The notes beneath the pieces are model-generated. The model was not told the origin of the DNA. It made no database searches and was given only the letters and a program-made list of their open reading frames with translations. A DNA stretch of 64,000 nucleotides from an uncultured Bacteroidales bacterium (GTDB lineage Bacteria > Bacteroidota > Bacteroidia > Bacteroidales > VadinHA17): the NCBI GenBank assembly GCA_963831935.1, contig CAWHSH010000003.1:177518-241517 (forward strand), given 5' to 3'. The position numbers and the translations under genes are program-made. Shown here one piece after another: positions 48,603 to 59,396 of this stretch. Within the stretch, counting starts at the first letter, position 1. Each line of letters begins with the position of its first letter.

Positions 48603-49700
48603 CCAGGGGGATGAAATATATTGAGGAGTACCGGGATAAAGATCTGATCCTTAAGCTGGCCGATCATATTAAAAAACATGCTACCGGCAGCTACACTTTC
48701 ATGGAAGTGTGTGGCGGACATACTTCTGCAATTCATCGCTTTGGCATTCCTTCACTTCTCCCGCCAAATATCAGGTTAGTTTCAGGTCCGGGATGCCCGG
48801 TTTGCGTTACGGGAACTGAATTTATTGACAAAGCGATTGCATATTCAAAAAAGGATGGATGTGATCATTACAACATTCGGTGATCTTATAAGGGTTCCGG
48901 GATCTTCATCATCACTTGAAAAGGAAAAATCGGCCGGCGCTGATATCCGGTTAGTATTTTCAGGGCTGGAAGCACTCAATATTTCGTGGACAAATCCGGA
49001 AAAAAAGGTTATCTTCCTTGGGATCGGATTTGAAACCACAGCTCCCGGAACCGCAGTAACATTAAAGCAGGTAAAAGAATTTGATCCTCAAAATTTTTAT
49101 CTTTTAAGTGCGCATAAAATAATGCCGCCTGCCATGGAGGCAATAATCAGGGATGGCATTTGTCTGGATGGTTTTATTTGTCCGGGACATGTGGCTGCAA
49201 TTACCGGGTCAGATTACTTCAATTTCATTCCTGAAACATATGATCTGGGTTGTGTTATTTCCGGTTTTGAACCAGCCGATATACTTATGTCAGTTATTGA
49301 TGCTTGTACGCCAGGTAAACAACAGCCTGCCCACCACAGAGATACAATACAGCCGTGCAGTAACCAGGGAAGGGAACAAAATTGCACAAAGAAACCTTTA
49401 TGAAGTATTTGAAAAGGTGTGATACAAACTGGCGAGGATTGGGAATCATCCCTGCCAGCGGACTGAAACTGAAAACTGAGTTTGAAAAATTCGACGCAGA
49501 AAAGATGATCCCGGTTTCAATAAGGCAGCAAACAGACAATCCGGCATGTATTTGCGGCGATATATTGAGGGGTGTTAAAACTCCACCGTGAGTGCTCACT
49601 TTACAGCCTGGTATGCTTTCCTGAAAATCCTGTTGGTGCATGTATGGTTTCAGCTGAGGGAGCATGCAATTCTTTTTACAAATACAATTTAAATGAATGA
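48599..49700 (+). pseudogene. hypD: hydrogenase maturation factor HypD, about 4 frame shifts
   Basis: Pieces are 48599..48883 ([15 protein letters not shown]), 48825..49403 (FETTAP, GFICPGHV), 49153..49422, 49382..49591 (CICGDILRG) and a final frame ..PVGACMVSAEGACNSFYKYNLNE* ending at 49700. Confidence 0.8.
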
Positions 49701-50703
49701 ATTCATCACACTGAATCATGGCAGTGGCGGTAAACAGACCCATGAACTCATGAGGATGGTTTTTGCAAAGAAATTTGGTATGCCTGAACCACTGACCGAT
49801 TCGGCTGTTCTCAGCGAATCCGGATTAACACTGGCATTTACCACTGATTCTTATGTGATTGATCCTTTGTTTTTTCCCGGTGGAAATATCGGTAAACTTG
49901 CAGTGTGCGGAACAGTAAATGATCTTGCTGTTTCAGGGGCAATCCCAAATATTTTCGGCCTCATTTATAATTGAAGAAGGATTCCCTTTGAATGACCTTG
50001 TAACGATTGCCGATTCAATGGCAGAAGAAGCCTTAAATGCCAGGAGTAAAAATTGTGACCGGCGACACCAAAGTTGTTGAAAAAGGCAAATGTGACGGGC
50101 TGTTTATTACTACTGCAGGTACCGGCATTATAAAACCGGGTTCAGAGCATATTGCAGAGGGAAAGAGAATCAGAACAGGAGATAAGCTTATAATTAACGG
50201 CCCTGTCGGAAATCATGCTGTTGCTGTACTTGGTGCACGCAATAATCTGAACTTCAGTTCATCTGTTATTTCTGATTGTGCATCAATGAATCATATGATC
50301 CGGGATCTTCTTGATGGTTGCAGGGAATATCCACTTTATGAGAGATCTCACCAGGGGAGGGCTCGCAGCAGTGCTTAATGAACTTGCGCAAATGACCGGA
50401 AAAGGAATCCGTATTGATGAAGCGTCAGTTCCGGTTGATGATCCGGTGAAGGGATTGTGCGAGATCCTTGGATTTGATCCGTTTTCTCTTGCCAATGAAG
50501 GCAAGGTTTTGATCGTGACAGGAAGAAGATGATTTCGAAAAGGCTCTTAATATCCTGAGTATCAGATCCGTTAGGAAAAAATTCGGCAGTGATCGGTGAA
50601 ATTGTTGATGAACATAAGGAAACTGTGGTTCTAAATACATTCAAGCGGAGGCAGACGGATCCTTGAAATGCCATCCGGAATGATGCTACCAAGGATCTGT
50701 TAA
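49693..50703 (+). pseudogene. hypE: hydrogenase maturation factor HypE, about 6 frame shifts
   Basis: The N-terminus is MNEFITLNHGSGGK. Colinear pieces occupy all three frames, with breaks near 49970, 50037, 50325, 50525, 50560 and 50645. The canonical C-terminus ..MPSGMMLPRIC* ends at 50703. Confidence 0.8.
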
Positions 50704-50713
50704 TTAATTAACA

Positions 50714-51059
50714 ATGCATGAACTAAGGATAGCTGAGGATCTTTCAGGAATTGTGCTCGAAGCGGCAAGGAATGAAAAGCTTGCAAAAGGTACGTAAAGT
50801 AAATATCACGCTTTGGTCAGCTGGTACAGATAGTTCCTGAAATATTTGAGTACTGCTTTCACTGAGTCGGTAAGAGGGTACAATTGCAGAAGGCAGTGAA
50901 TTGAATATTGAGATCGTAAAGGTTAAGATGAAATGCAAGGATTGCGGGAAAGAATTCCGGATCAGAGGAAATATCTTTGCCTGCAATTATTGCGGATCAA
51001 CAGATATGGAAATTATTAAAGGGAAAGAGATTTTTATTAAAAGTATAGAAGGAGAATGA
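50714..51059 (+). pseudogene. hypA: hydrogenase nickel-insertion protein HypA, 2-3 frame shifts
   Basis: Starts with MHELRIAEDL (the HypA MHE motif). The C-terminal zinc site is CKDCGKEF...CNYCGS. Stops interrupt the middle at about 50790-50880. Confidence 0.75.
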
Positions 51060-51060
51060 T

Positions 51061-51723
51061 ATGGAAATAAGAATAATGAAAAATATCCTTGACCGGAATC
51101 AGAATAAGGCTGATGAGGTAAGGAGCCTGCTTAAGTCGAAAAATGTGATTATGGTAAACCTTATAAGCTCTCCAGGTGCAGGAAAGACAACACTTGCTTG
51201 AAAGGACCTGTGAAAAGCTGGTGAAAAAGTTACAGAATAGGAGTAATTGAAGGTGATGTAACAACAGACCGGGATGCGCAGCGGTTAAAGAAATACGATA
51301 TACCCATTGTAGTGATAAATACTGAAGGAGGATGCCATCTCGATTCTCACAGCATCTCAAAGGTCCTGGATTATTTTGACCTTGATAATCTTGATATCCT
51401 GTTTGTCGAAAATGTGGGAAATCTTATATGTCCTTCACAGTTTGACCTTGGTGAAACGTTCAAGCTGGCAGTCGTAAGCACAGCGGAAGGCGATGACAAA
51501 CCTGCCAAATACCCTATGTTGTTCAGGGAAGCAGCTGCAGTGCATTCTGAATAAGATCGATCTGATACCCTATACCAATTTCAACCTGGATAATTTCAAA
51601 AGCGATCTGAAAAATATTAACGGACAACTGCCGCTTTTTGAGATCTCCTGTACTAGGGGTGATGGACTTGAGAACTGGTATGAATGGATTGCCCAAGTCA
51701 GGTTATTTATTTCAGTGTATTAA
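51061..51723 (+). pseudogene. hypB: hydrogenase nickel-incorporation GTPase HypB, about 3 frame shifts
   Basis: P-loop SSPGAGKTTLLE, then VIEGDVTTDRDA, ENVGNLICPSQFDLGE and NKIDL motifs, spread over three frames (track ORFs 51312..51554 and 51493..51723 plus unlisted 5' pieces). Confidence 0.8.
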
Positions 51724-51740
51724 GGTGAAAAAGTAAAATT

Positions 51741-51860
51741 TCCGCAAAATTAAGATCCACGCAGATATACGGAGTATGAAATGCCTGAATTCCAATAAGC
51801 TCCTTAGGTGATTTCTCAGTAGGCAACTCTTTGACTTCTCGGGGATCTCTGTGTAAGTAC
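51741..51860. repeat. CTCTGTG/CACGGAG dispersed repeat element (third copy)
   Basis: CCACGCAGATATACGGAG-type units start near 51755, and CTCTGTGTAAGT lies at 51847-51858. The same 12-mer occurs at 13989-14000 and 41380-41391, all on the plus strand. Confidence 0.7.
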
Positions 51861-51883
51861 AAGCTGAATATTAATACTTATTT

Positions 51884-52613
51884 TCAGAATTTGAATCCGA
51901 ATTTTACCTCAAGCCGGTTATAATTATTCTTGTAAGTATAAGTAACATCATTATAACTTCCCTGCTTGTAGCTTGTCTGGGCATACCTGTAGCTGAATGA
52001 CAGGTAAGTTTCAATGTCCTGCTTTGCCCACGAGATTCCGGTTCCTAGCCCAAGAGAAGCTCCTCCTTTATAATCCTTTGGATAGTAATTATACGGATTA
52101 TATGGGATCTTCCTCCTCATCGCCACCGGTATGAATCATTGCACCTGCCCTGAAGAATATAAAAGGTGTAACCCTCTTGTCATTTATCAGCCTTTTATAT
52201 TCAAAAAAAACAGGAGAATAAGTTGAACCAAGAAATTCAACTCCCGATCCCAGGCTAAGGATATTTTTGGCTCCGTTCGTATAATTCACCAGTATATTGA
52301 AGCTGAATGGCGCAGAATACTGGCTGCTCTGGGCTCCGATCAGTAATCCGGCTTCAAGTGCAAAGCCGGCGCCGCTTGTCTTTCTTCCTTCAAATCTTGG
52401 ATTTTCTTTAACGAACTTATCAACTTCATCACTTTTAAAGTTAAAAAGACTGCCATCAGAAGTCTGGATTTTATAGTTATTATCAGATATTTCCAGCAGC
52501 TTGCCATAAATAATGCTTCCGTTTTTCAGGTAAAGTGCATCTTTTGTCCTCTGTGCTGACAACTGAAATGTAATGATAGCCAGAAGGATTAGTAAGAATA
52601 AATGTTTTTTCAT
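51884..52613 (-). pseudogene. hypothetical outer-membrane beta-barrel-like protein, one frame shift
   Basis: Pieces 52098..52613 (signal peptide MKKHLFLLILLAIITFQLSAQ) and 51884..52126 (alternating-residue strands ending in F). The break is near 52110. Confidence 0.5.
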
Positions 52614-52687
52614 ATGATATTCAGGTTAAAAGGTTATCAGTTTAGCATGATTTTTGTTTAATAAATTATGAACTAAACCTAACACTG

Positions 52688-53981
52688 ATGAAAGCAAAAA
52701 TCATTCCATTTATTGCAATTTTGTCAGCTGTAACAATATTCTTTTACTCCTGTGATGATGAAACCTTCAGGGAGTACGAAGGCAATGCCCCGGTCTATAT
52801 GACATACCCTGATCTGAGGGCAGCTGTAAAAAACCAGCAGAATGTCGAACTTGAAAATCCTGGCAAGATTTATTACAAGGATAATTACATTTTCATTGTT
52901 GAGGAGTTGAAAGGGATACATGTTTACGACAATACTGATCCTGCATCGCCTGTTAAGAAAACATTCGTAAAGGTGCCCGGCGTTGTGGATATTTCAATCT
53001 CAGGAAACACATTATATGCTGACAGCTTTGTCGATCTTGTCATACTTGATGTCCAGGATATTGACAACATCCATGAAACAGGGAGGGTTAAAGATGTTCT
53101 GCCCTATACGGTTCCTTCGACCGGAAATGAACTGCCTAATGCTTTTGTTGACAGCAAAAAAGGAGTTGTGATAGAATGGGAAGTGAAAACTATCAGGGAA
53201 AAAGTCCATGAAATACATTAATCCCTGGCCGATATTCTGGTACGAAGGAGGTATAGCGTTTCTTTCAGATGCAAATGCCTCCGGCGCATCATCAGGAGTA
53301 AGCGGCAGTGGAGTAGGCTTTGGAGGTTCGATGGCCAGGTTTGGGATAAAAGGTAATGTCCTGTATATTGTTGATGTGAACAGCCTGAAGATTTTTGATA
53401 TCACGAATAAGACAAGCCCTATAAAAGCAGGCGACTTCTATCCGGGCTGGAACATAGAAACAATGTTCCTTTCGGGTAACAATATGTTCCTGGGAACTAC
53501 AACCGGAATGGTGATCTACGATATCTCCAATCCCCTGGTGCCGACCTCAAGAACTTTCTTTACACATGCAAGAAGCTGTGATCCAGTGATTGTTGATGAT
53601 ACCCTTGCCTACATTACACTTCGTACCGGGACGACCTGTGGAGGGAGTGCAAATTGTCTTGACATAGTTAACATAAAAAATATAACCCAGCCTTCATTGC
53701 TGTATACCTTTGCGATGACCAATCCCCACGGACTTGGCAAGGACGGAGATCTGCTCTTCATTTGTGACGGAAATGCGGGATTGAAGATCTTTGATGCATC
53801 TGATCCAAGGACCCTGGGAATTAAATTGCTTTATTCCTATCCTTCTATTAACGCCTACGATGTGATCCCGATTGGTGATATTTTAGTAATGATTGGAGAT
53901 AACGGACTTTATCAGTATAGTTATTCAAATATTCAGAATATTACTTTACTGAGCAAGATCGAGGTTAAAAAAGACAAGTAA
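52688..53981 (+). pseudogene. LVIVD-repeat lipoprotein, one frame shift
   Basis: Pieces 52688..53221 (lipoprotein signal ..IFFYSC) and 53208..53981. LVIVD-like motifs recur: LVILDV, LKIFDIT, MVIYDIS, LDIVNIK, LKIFDAS. Confidence 0.65.
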
Positions 53982-54240
53982 GAAGTGTGAGTTACGCCAG
54001 TTAAACAGGTTTTGCCGGTTTTGCAGTTAAAAGTTCAAATCTGCACAACCTGTATTACCAGTATAGACGATTTAATGGATTCTGCCCGCGTCATACCGTG
54101 CCCGTTACGTCTCCTTCGCTTTGCAAGATATATCCTTGGCAAAGGTTGCCTGTAATACTTAGTACATTCTTCCACGCTTCGTTTATTTTAATTCTGAATT
54201 ATAAATTCAATTATCATATGTAAGTTTTTTTTAAAAAGGA

Positions 54241-54258
54241 TTGTTATTATTTTAACAG
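54241..54258. promoter_or_regulatory. weaker candidate Rex box TTGTTATTATTTTAACAG upstream of the [FeFe]-hydrogenase operon
   Basis: It matches 12 of 14 defined positions of the TTGTTAAnnnnTTAACAA Rex-box variant and lies 63 nt upstream of the ATG at 54321. The sequence is AT-rich, so a chance match is plausible. Confidence 0.3.
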
Positions 54259-54320
54259 CGCTTTTTTTAGTCAATGTTTTATATAAAATAAATTTATAAG
54301 TAATTAAAAAACAATAAGAT

Positions 54321-54785
54321 ATGTATCAAGCAGGAAATCTGGTAAAGAAATTATCCGAGAAACATGGCCGGTCAAGACAAAGTCTGATGCCTATTCTTCA
54401 GGGTATTGTTGAGAAACACAACTACCTGACTGATGAGGTAATGGTTGAGGTTGCCAAGGAGCTTGAAATTTCAGCAGCTGAAGTTTACGGAACAGCCTCT
54501 TTTTATACCTTTCTCGATACCAAGACGAGAGGTAAATATGTGATCAGGATCTGCAAAACAATCACATGTTCGATGAAAGGGAAAAATGAGATAATTCAGA
54601 CAATTGAAGATATGCTCAAAATAAAAGTTGGAGAAACAACTTCTGACAAGCAATTCAGTCTGATCGAAACAAACTGCATTGGCTGGTGCCATAAAGCACC
54701 TGCAATTCTGATAAATGAGATGCCTTACACAGAGCTTACTCCTGAAAAGGTTGTAGAAATAATAAAAAGTTATATGCAAAGATAA
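54321..54785 (+). CDS. NuoE-like [2Fe-2S] subunit of a trimeric [FeFe]-hydrogenase (HydC/HndA-like)
   Basis: 154-aa ORF. Cys pattern C-x4-C (CKTITC) and C-x3-C (CIGWC) of thioredoxin-like [2Fe-2S] NuoE proteins. Confidence 0.8.
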   Translation: MYQAGNLVKKLSEKHGRSRQSLMPILQGIVEKHNYLTDEVMVEVAKELEISAAEVYGTASFYTFLDTKTRGKYVIRICKTITCSMKGKNEIIQTIEDMLKIKVGETTSDKQFSLIETNCIGWCHKAPAILINEMPYTELTPEKVVEIIKSYMQR

Positions 54786-54801
54786 AATATCCGGCTATAT
54801 C

Positions 54802-55964
54802 ATGAAAAACAAAGGATTAAATAAGGTTGATCTTATATTCGAGAAAGTCGATCTGAAACAGGTTCTGACCAAGGCTTTTAAAATGAGCAATGAGGAGATT
54901 ATTCAGCAGGTTCTTGAATCGGGACTTAAAGGACGAGGTGGTGCCGGATTCCCGACCGGACTTAAATGGAAATACACTGCTGCGGAAAAAGAGCCCGAGA
55001 AATATATTGTCTGTAATGCAGATGAAGGTGAACCAGGTACCTTTAAGGACCGTGAGATCCTTGACAGGGTATCCTACAAGGTATATGGCGGGATGGCTAT
55101 TGCCAGCAAGGCTATTGGGGCAAAGACATGGTATTGTATATCTGCGTGGTGAATACCGTTTCCTTCTTCCCCAGCTGATGAAAGAGCTTGAATCGTTTCA
55201 CAAAACCATTGATGAAATAGGCTACAAGTTCAGAATAAGGTATTGTCTTGGCAGCGGAGCCTATATCTGCGGTGAAGAGAGTGCACTTTTTGAATCTATC
55301 CAGGGTGATCGTGGCGAACCGCGCAACAAGCCACCCTATCCAACTACATCAGGTGTGTTTTATAAACCCACTTCGATCAACAATGTTGAGACACTGGTAA
55401 CTGTGATGATGATTATTAACCATGGAGCTGAAGCTTACACACTTCTCGGAACCAAAGACTCCAGGGGTTCGAAAGTATTTTCAGTTTCAGGTGATACACC
55501 AACTCCCGGTATCTTTGAACTTGAATTAGGTATGTCTGTTCAGCAGTTCGTTAATGAATTTGGTGATGGTGATACTAAAGCTGTCCAGGTTGGAGGTGCA
55601 TCCGGATTTTGTGTTCCAAGAAAAAAATTCACTGAAACCATAATCGGTTTTGAAGGTGTCCCGACAGGTGGTTCAATGAAACTTTTCAACAGTTCAAGGT
55701 CAATGTATAATGTTCTCCATAACTATCTCGATTTCTTCGCTGAAGAATCGTGCGGACAATGTACTCCCTGCAGGGTCGGCTGCCAGCAGCTGCTTAAAGG
55801 TGTGGAAAAAGTAAAGAAAGGGAGAAGCAAAATCGACCTATCTTAATGAACTGGTAAAGCTTGCTGATACCATGAAAATTGCTTCTAAATGTGGTCTTGG
55901 CCAATCTGTTGGCAATGCTTTCAGAACAATAGTTGAAAACTTCAGGGAGGAGATCATTTATTAA
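54802..55964 (+). pseudogene. NuoF-like NADH/FMN-binding subunit (HydB/HndC-like), 2 frame shifts
   Basis: Pieces are 54802..55152 (GLKGRGGAGFPTGLKW), 54890..55846 (ESCGQCTPCRVG) and a third-frame tail ..LVKLADTMKIASKCGLGQSVGNAFRTIVENFREEIIY* ending at 55964. Confidence 0.8.
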
Positions 55965-55970
55965 TTTTTT

Positions 55971-57773
55971 ATGAAAAAAAGGAAAGCTATGGTAAATCTT
56001 AATATAAATGACCAATTTGTTTCTGTTCCAGCAGGAACAACAGTTCTTGCTGCTGCACAGAAACTTAAAATCAATATACCGACATTATGTAATCACCCTG
56101 ATCTGTGCGTTGCAGGTAACTGCCGTGTTTGCGTGGTTGAACAAAGAGGTGCAAGGACCCTGATAGCTTCATGTGCCACACCGGTATCGGAAGGAATGGA
56201 CATCCATACCAATACACTTAAGGTAAGAAATGCCCGGAAGCATATTGTTGAGCTGCTTCTTACTGAACACAGATCTGATTGCACAAAATGCTATAAAAAC
56301 CAGAAATGCGAACTGCAGGCTCTTGCAAACGAATTTGCTTTCGGGGATACCATCTTTCTTGACCTTGTTGAAGATCATCCTTATACCATCGACCGGTCAT
56401 CTCCATCATTCATTAAAGACGACAGCAAATGTATCCGTTGCCAGCGTTGTGTCAGGACATGTGCTGAGCTTCAGTATATTTCTGCAATTGCAGTTGCTAA
56501 TAAAGGAGCTCATCAGAAGATCTCATCCTTTCACGACAGGCCGATGAGCCATGTTGTTTGTACAAACTGCGGACAGTGTGTTAACCGGTGTCCTACCGGA
56601 GCTCTGGTCGAAAAAACCTATATCGATCAGGTTTGGGATGCAATCTATGATCCTGATAAACATGTTGTTGTGCAGACTGCACCGGCTGTGAGAGTTGCAC
56701 TTGGTGAAGATCTTGGTTATGATCCGGGTGAAAGAGTTACCGGAAAAATGGTCACAGCTCTTAAACAGGTCGGCTTTGATTCAGTTCTTGACACAGATTT
56801 CAGTGCTGACCTTACAATTATGGAAGAGGGAACAGAATTGCTTACCAGGCTTGAAAAAAGTACTCGTTGAAGGTGATAAAAAAACCAGAATTCCCATGTT
56901 TACTTCCTGTTCACCTGGCTGGATAAAATTTATTGAACATAAGTATCCCTGAGTTTCTTCCAAACCTTTCAACATGTAAATCGCCACAGCAAATGTTTGG
57001 CGCCCTGGCAAAAACGTACTTTGCAAATAAGCGCAAGCTTGATCCATCCAAAATAGTGTCCGTTTCCATAATGCCCTGTACAGCAAAGAAATTTGAAGCT
57101 GACAGGCCGGAGATGAGAGCCAGCGGATATCAAGGATATTGATTATGTACTTACAACAAGGGAACTTGCAGTGATGATAAAACAGGCCGGTATAGACTTC
57201 AGGATTCTTAAACCATCCAACTACGACTCAATTATGGGTGATTCGACCGGTGCCGGAGTAATTTTCGGAGCAACCGGAGGGGTTATGGAAGCTGCCTTAC
57301 GTACCGCCTATGAGATTGTGACGGGAAGGGAGGTTCCGTTCAGTAACCTGAATATTACCCCTGTGCGGGGAATGGACGGAGTTAAGGAAGCTTCGATTAA
57401 GATTGAAGGATGTACCGAAGACTGGAAATTCCTTGAAGGCGTTGAACTCAAAGTTGCTATTACACATGGTTTGGCAAATGCCAATAAAATTATGAAGCTT
57501 GTTAAACAAGGGAAAGCTCCCTATCATTTTGTTGAGGTTATGGCATGTCCGGGCGGTTGTATCGGTGGCGGTGGTCAGCCAATTCCAACAAGCATGGAAA
57601 TACGGGAAAACCGTATGAAAGCAATATATTCTGAAGATGAGCACATGGTTCTCCGGAAATCACATGAGAATCCCGATGTAATGACGATATATAAGGAGTT
57701 CCTTGAAAAACCCAACAGCCATAAATCGCACGAGCTCCTGCATACTCACTATGTTGAAAGGGATAACTATTAA
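55971..57773 (+). pseudogene. hydA: [FeFe]-hydrogenase catalytic subunit HydA (group A, NuoG-like N-terminus), at least 3 frame shifts
   Basis: Pieces are 55971..56870 ([2Fe-2S] and 4Fe-4S motifs), 56695..56952 (FTSCSPGW), 56933..57142 (MPCTAKKFE) and 57171..57773 (EVMACPGGCIGGGGQP). Breaks lie near 56860, 56945 and 57135. Confidence 0.85.
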
Positions 57774-57792
57774 AAATTTATTGATTAACTTG

Positions 57793-57826
57793 AAGGCCGG
57801 TATCTTTCCTTACCGGCCTTTTTATT
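57793..57826 (+). terminator. intrinsic terminator downstream of hydA
   Basis: A 10-bp stem pairs AAGGCCGGTA (57793-57802) with TACCGGCCTT (57811-57820). The loop is 8 nt and TTTATTT follows. It lies 20 nt after the hydA stop. Confidence 0.8.
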
Positions 57827-57834
57827 TAAATCAG

Positions 57835-58751
57835 ATGAATGAATTAAAAGTTTCAACAGCCCAGTTTGAACACAAATGCGGAGATAAGGTTTATAACTTA
57901 TCTGTTATAGAAACACTTGCGGAAAAAGCAGCAGCAGAAGGCTGCAGGGCGATTGCTTTCATGAATGTTCTGTTACGGGGTATACATTTGCCAGGAACCT
58001 ATCGAGGGAACAACTTCTTGATCTTGCAGAAATGATTCCCGATGGAGAAAGCACAAACATGCTCAGGGAAATCGCGTTCAAGAATAAAATCATGATTCTT
58101 GCAGGCCTCTTTGAGAAAGATAAGATCTGATAAAGTCTTCAAGACATCACGTCTGTGTTGATGAAAAGGGTTTGGTGGCTAAGCACAGGAAACTGCATCC
58201 CTTTATAAATCCGCATATTCTCCCCGGTGACCAATACACTGTTTTCATGATCGATGGATGGAAATGCGGAATCCTGATATGTTACGATAACAACGTAATT
58301 GAAAATGTGAGGGCAACTGCCCTCCTTGGAGCACAAGTTATTTTTATGCCCCATGTGACAATGTGCACTCCTTCGCCAAGACCAGGATCGGGTTTCGTTA
58401 ATCCGGAACTCTGGAAAAACAGGGATAACGGATCCGGCTTCCCTCCGGTCTGAATTCGATGGTCCCAAAGGGAGGGAATGGCTGATGAAATGGCTGCCGG
58501 CCAGGGCCTGTGATAACGGGATTTATGTGGTGTTCTCCAATCCGGTTGGAATGGACGATGATCAGCTGAAGAACGGCTGTTCTATGATCATTGATCCATT
58601 CGGAGAAATAATTGCGGAATGCAGGTCCCTCGGCAATGAAATTGTCTCTGCAACGTTAACACCTGAGAAACTTGAGAAGTCAGGCGGTTACAGGTATACA
58701 ATGGCAAGAAGACCGGAACTGTACAGGGAAATAATAGGTAATGGACCATAA
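57835..58751 (+). pseudogene. carbon-nitrogen hydrolase (nitrilase-superfamily) protein, about 4 frame shifts
   Basis: Starts MNELKVSTAQFEHK. Pieces appear in ORFs 57703..58035, 58172..58453 (KCGILICYD catalytic Cys context) and 58485..58751, plus an unlisted piece (..HECSVTGYTF..MILAGLFEKD). Confidence 0.7.
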
Positions 58752-58836
58752 ATCAGTACAGAAAGTAGCATGGTTAGTCAGGGGATGATACGGCGTAACG
58801 GGCGCAAAGGCCCAACGGCAAGAACATAAATGATAA

Positions 58837-58869
58837 GGATTCCCTCCCGGGAGGGGTTAGGGGTGGGTT
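58837..58869. repeat. GC-rich palindromic repeat (copy B, inverted relative to 37195-37227)
   Basis: GGATTCCCTCCCGGGAGGGGTTAGGGGTGGGTT. Its reverse complement matches copy A at 30 of 33 positions. Confidence 0.85.
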
Positions 58870-58909
58870 CATAACAAAGACTATCAAAGACAATAAAATA
58901 TATTACATC

Positions 58910-59377
58910 ATGGAAGCACATTTAACCTGGAAAACAAAGCTTTTCAGCAAACAATATGAGATATACAGGAATGATAATTTGATCGGGGAACTCAGGAAAG
59001 AAGGCCTGTCAAGAAAAACAAACGGTGAACTCAATGTGAAGAAAATCATATTCATAACAAAAGGATTTTTCAGGCGCGAAACCAGGATCATGGATTTTGA
59101 TGAGATATCTACACTCGGAACCATAAATTACTCTGCCTGGAAAAGCAAATCAACAATTAATTATATGAGCAAAGAGTATAAGTGGCAGTTTGATAACTTT
59201 TTAAGGACAAAATGGAGTCTTGGAAACGAAAACGGGCCTATTATCAGGTATCATTCCCGGGGTTTTAAAGGGATAATCGACACTTATACTGATGATGAAG
59301 TTTTGATCCTTTCAGGATTTTTTATAAGGAATTTTCTAAGGCAACGATCAGCAGAAAGTTCAGCTGCATCTTCCTGA
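58910..59377 (+). CDS. hypothetical protein
   Basis: 155-aa ORF with no motif I recognise. Its size and position 19 nt upstream of dinB support coding. Confidence 0.45.
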   Translation: MEAHLTWKTKLFSKQYEIYRNDNLIGELRKEGLSRKTNGELNVKKIIFITKGFFRRETRIMDFDEISTLGTINYSAWKSKSTINYMSKEYKWQFDNFLRTKWSLGNENGPIIRYHSRGFKGIIDTYTDDEVLILSGFFIRNFLRQRSAESSAASS

Positions 59378-59396
59378 TACCGGAAATGTATAGACA

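Noticed and set aside
54005-54060. tRNA-like signal (GTTCAAATC T-loop-like motif ending ..ACCA) downstream of the LVIVD gene
   Set aside because: No cloverleaf can be drawn. The bases 5' of the TTCAAAT loop (AAAAG) do not pair with CTGCA, and there are no acceptor or anticodon arms. It is more simply an imperfect hairpin, ACAGGTT...AACCTGT with TGCAG...CTGCA.
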